Below, one piece after another: positions 63,144 through 64,000 of a DNA stretch of 64,000 nt. Each line of letters begins with the position of its first letter. Position 1 is the stretch's first letter. The DNA is from a virus. Its lineage: Duplodnaviria; Caudoviricetes. A program made the translations under genes and the position numbers. Location of the stretch: the IMG/VR virus record IMGVR_UViG_3300048995_000008, positions 31,653 through 95,652 of that record; one strand, written 5' to 3'. The notes under the pieces are model-generated. The model was given only the letters and a program-made list of their open reading frames with translations, searched no databases and was not told where the DNA came from.

Positions 63144-63998
63144 CTACAGCCCCAGGATCCTTCTGACGATCCCAAGCTTCTTGGTCATCGTCATCTTCGG
63201 CAAGGTCACAGCCTGCGCTGCGCGACTGTCCTCTGGCGTAGCTGTCTTCTCGTACGCGACTTTCTGCGCGTTTCGCTTGACGAGTAGGTCTTCGCGCATG
63301 CGTCTTCGCCGCACGTCCTCTTGGCGCTTGGCCTGCGACGCGATCTCTTGCTCGTAGGTCTTATGCACGACTGGCGCAGGTTTGTGGACGTAGTTTGGCC
63401 GCGTGCGTGAGAGCATGTCGAGCACGCTTTCCTTGCGCGGCGCTGCGTGCACTATCGGCTCTGAATGTGCTGGATGCTCGCTCTCACCGTGTATGCGCCC
63501 CATCTGAGCACCGAAGTGCCAGGTTGGTGTCTCAGAGTGCAGTACTGCACTTGTCTCGTCCTCACCGTGTACTCGCTCGAAGCCTACGCCACGCGGGTTG
63601 AGTCTCACGACAGGTACCTTTCTTGGCTTGAACACTGACTTGCGCTCGGCCTCTGCTGCGAGTGCGCTTGCCAGAGCGTGCCTGGTCTGCGCCGCGGCGT
63701 GCGCCTTCGTGTGTCGCTCGACATCCTGCGCATGCGTGAACACGACTGCCTTAGCCTTCATGGCTCTCGCAGCCGCAGCGTCCGCCCTGCGCACGCTGTC
63801 TGCTGTCGCAGTCTTCCTAGCAGTCTGCATCGCCTTCTTCGCTGTCGCCGCTGCTTTGCTGGCTCTTTCTTCTGAGCTACGCTGCGCTGCGACGGCGCGC
63901 AGCGCACGCTCTGCGGCGAGCTGCACGGCAGCTGCAGGAGTGAAACAGAACGCATGCGCGAGCGCACGTCTCGAATACACTGTGGTGAAGGTGAGCAC
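63144..63998 (-). CDS. Ala/Lys/Arg-rich protein, probably 5'-truncated by the window edge
   Basis: Open to the window end; composition like the THAHY family. Confidence 0.55.
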   Translation of the reverse strand: MLTFTTVYSRRALAHAFCFTPAAAVQLAAERALRAVAAQRSSEERASKAAATAKKAMQTARKTATADSVRRADAAAARAMKAKAVVFTHAQDVERHTKAHAAAQTRHALASALAAEAERKSVFKPRKVPVVRLNPRGVGFERVHGEDETSAVLHSETPTWHFGAQMGRIHGESEHPAHSEPIVHAAPRKESVLDMLSRTRPNYVHKPAPVVHKTYEQEIASQAKRQEDVRRRRMREDLLVKRNAQKVAYEKTATPEDSRAAQAVTLPKMTMTKKLGIVRRILGL

Positions 63999-64000
63999 GC

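Overview
This window looks like about 64 kb of a GC-rich tailed-phage genome with a contractile tail (myovirus-like), cut at both ends. The host is probably Gram-negative, inferred from the heptose-kinase homolog and lipoprotein/spanin-like genes. The left arm (+ strand, ~0.2-19.7 kb) is a DNA modification and replication module. It encodes an HldE/RfaE-type heptose-7-P kinase, a T4 BGT-like GT-B and a TAGT/JGT-like GT-A glycosyltransferase, an acidic micro-protein, a P-loop kinase, a dUMP-hydroxymethylase-type thymidylate synthase homolog, an HD nucleotidase, an Nmad1-like protein, PolA, a DEDDh exonuclease, dCMP deaminase, dUTPase and an ATP-dependent ligase. It also has candidate anti-defence genes (a Tad1-like sponge and a 2H phosphoesterase). 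A non-coding control region (~20.4-21 kb) precedes small putative early genes with a shared promoter motif (21-25 kb). The right arm (- strand, 25-64 kb) carries TerL, portal, scaffold, major capsid protein, neck, sheath, tube, a frameshifted tail chaperone, tape measure, baseplate, fibres and holin-like genes. Two candidate novel systems stand out. (1) A 5-hydroxymethyluracil DNA glycosylation pathway that may use a heptose donor. (2) Six genes in and around an ~11.5-kb interval between TerL and portal share an N-terminal THAHYAGE[F/L]G leader with swappable C-termini (one is a HipA/PI3K-like kinase), suggesting a polymorphic capsid-packaged effector family. All family assignments come from motif recognition by eye; no searches were run.
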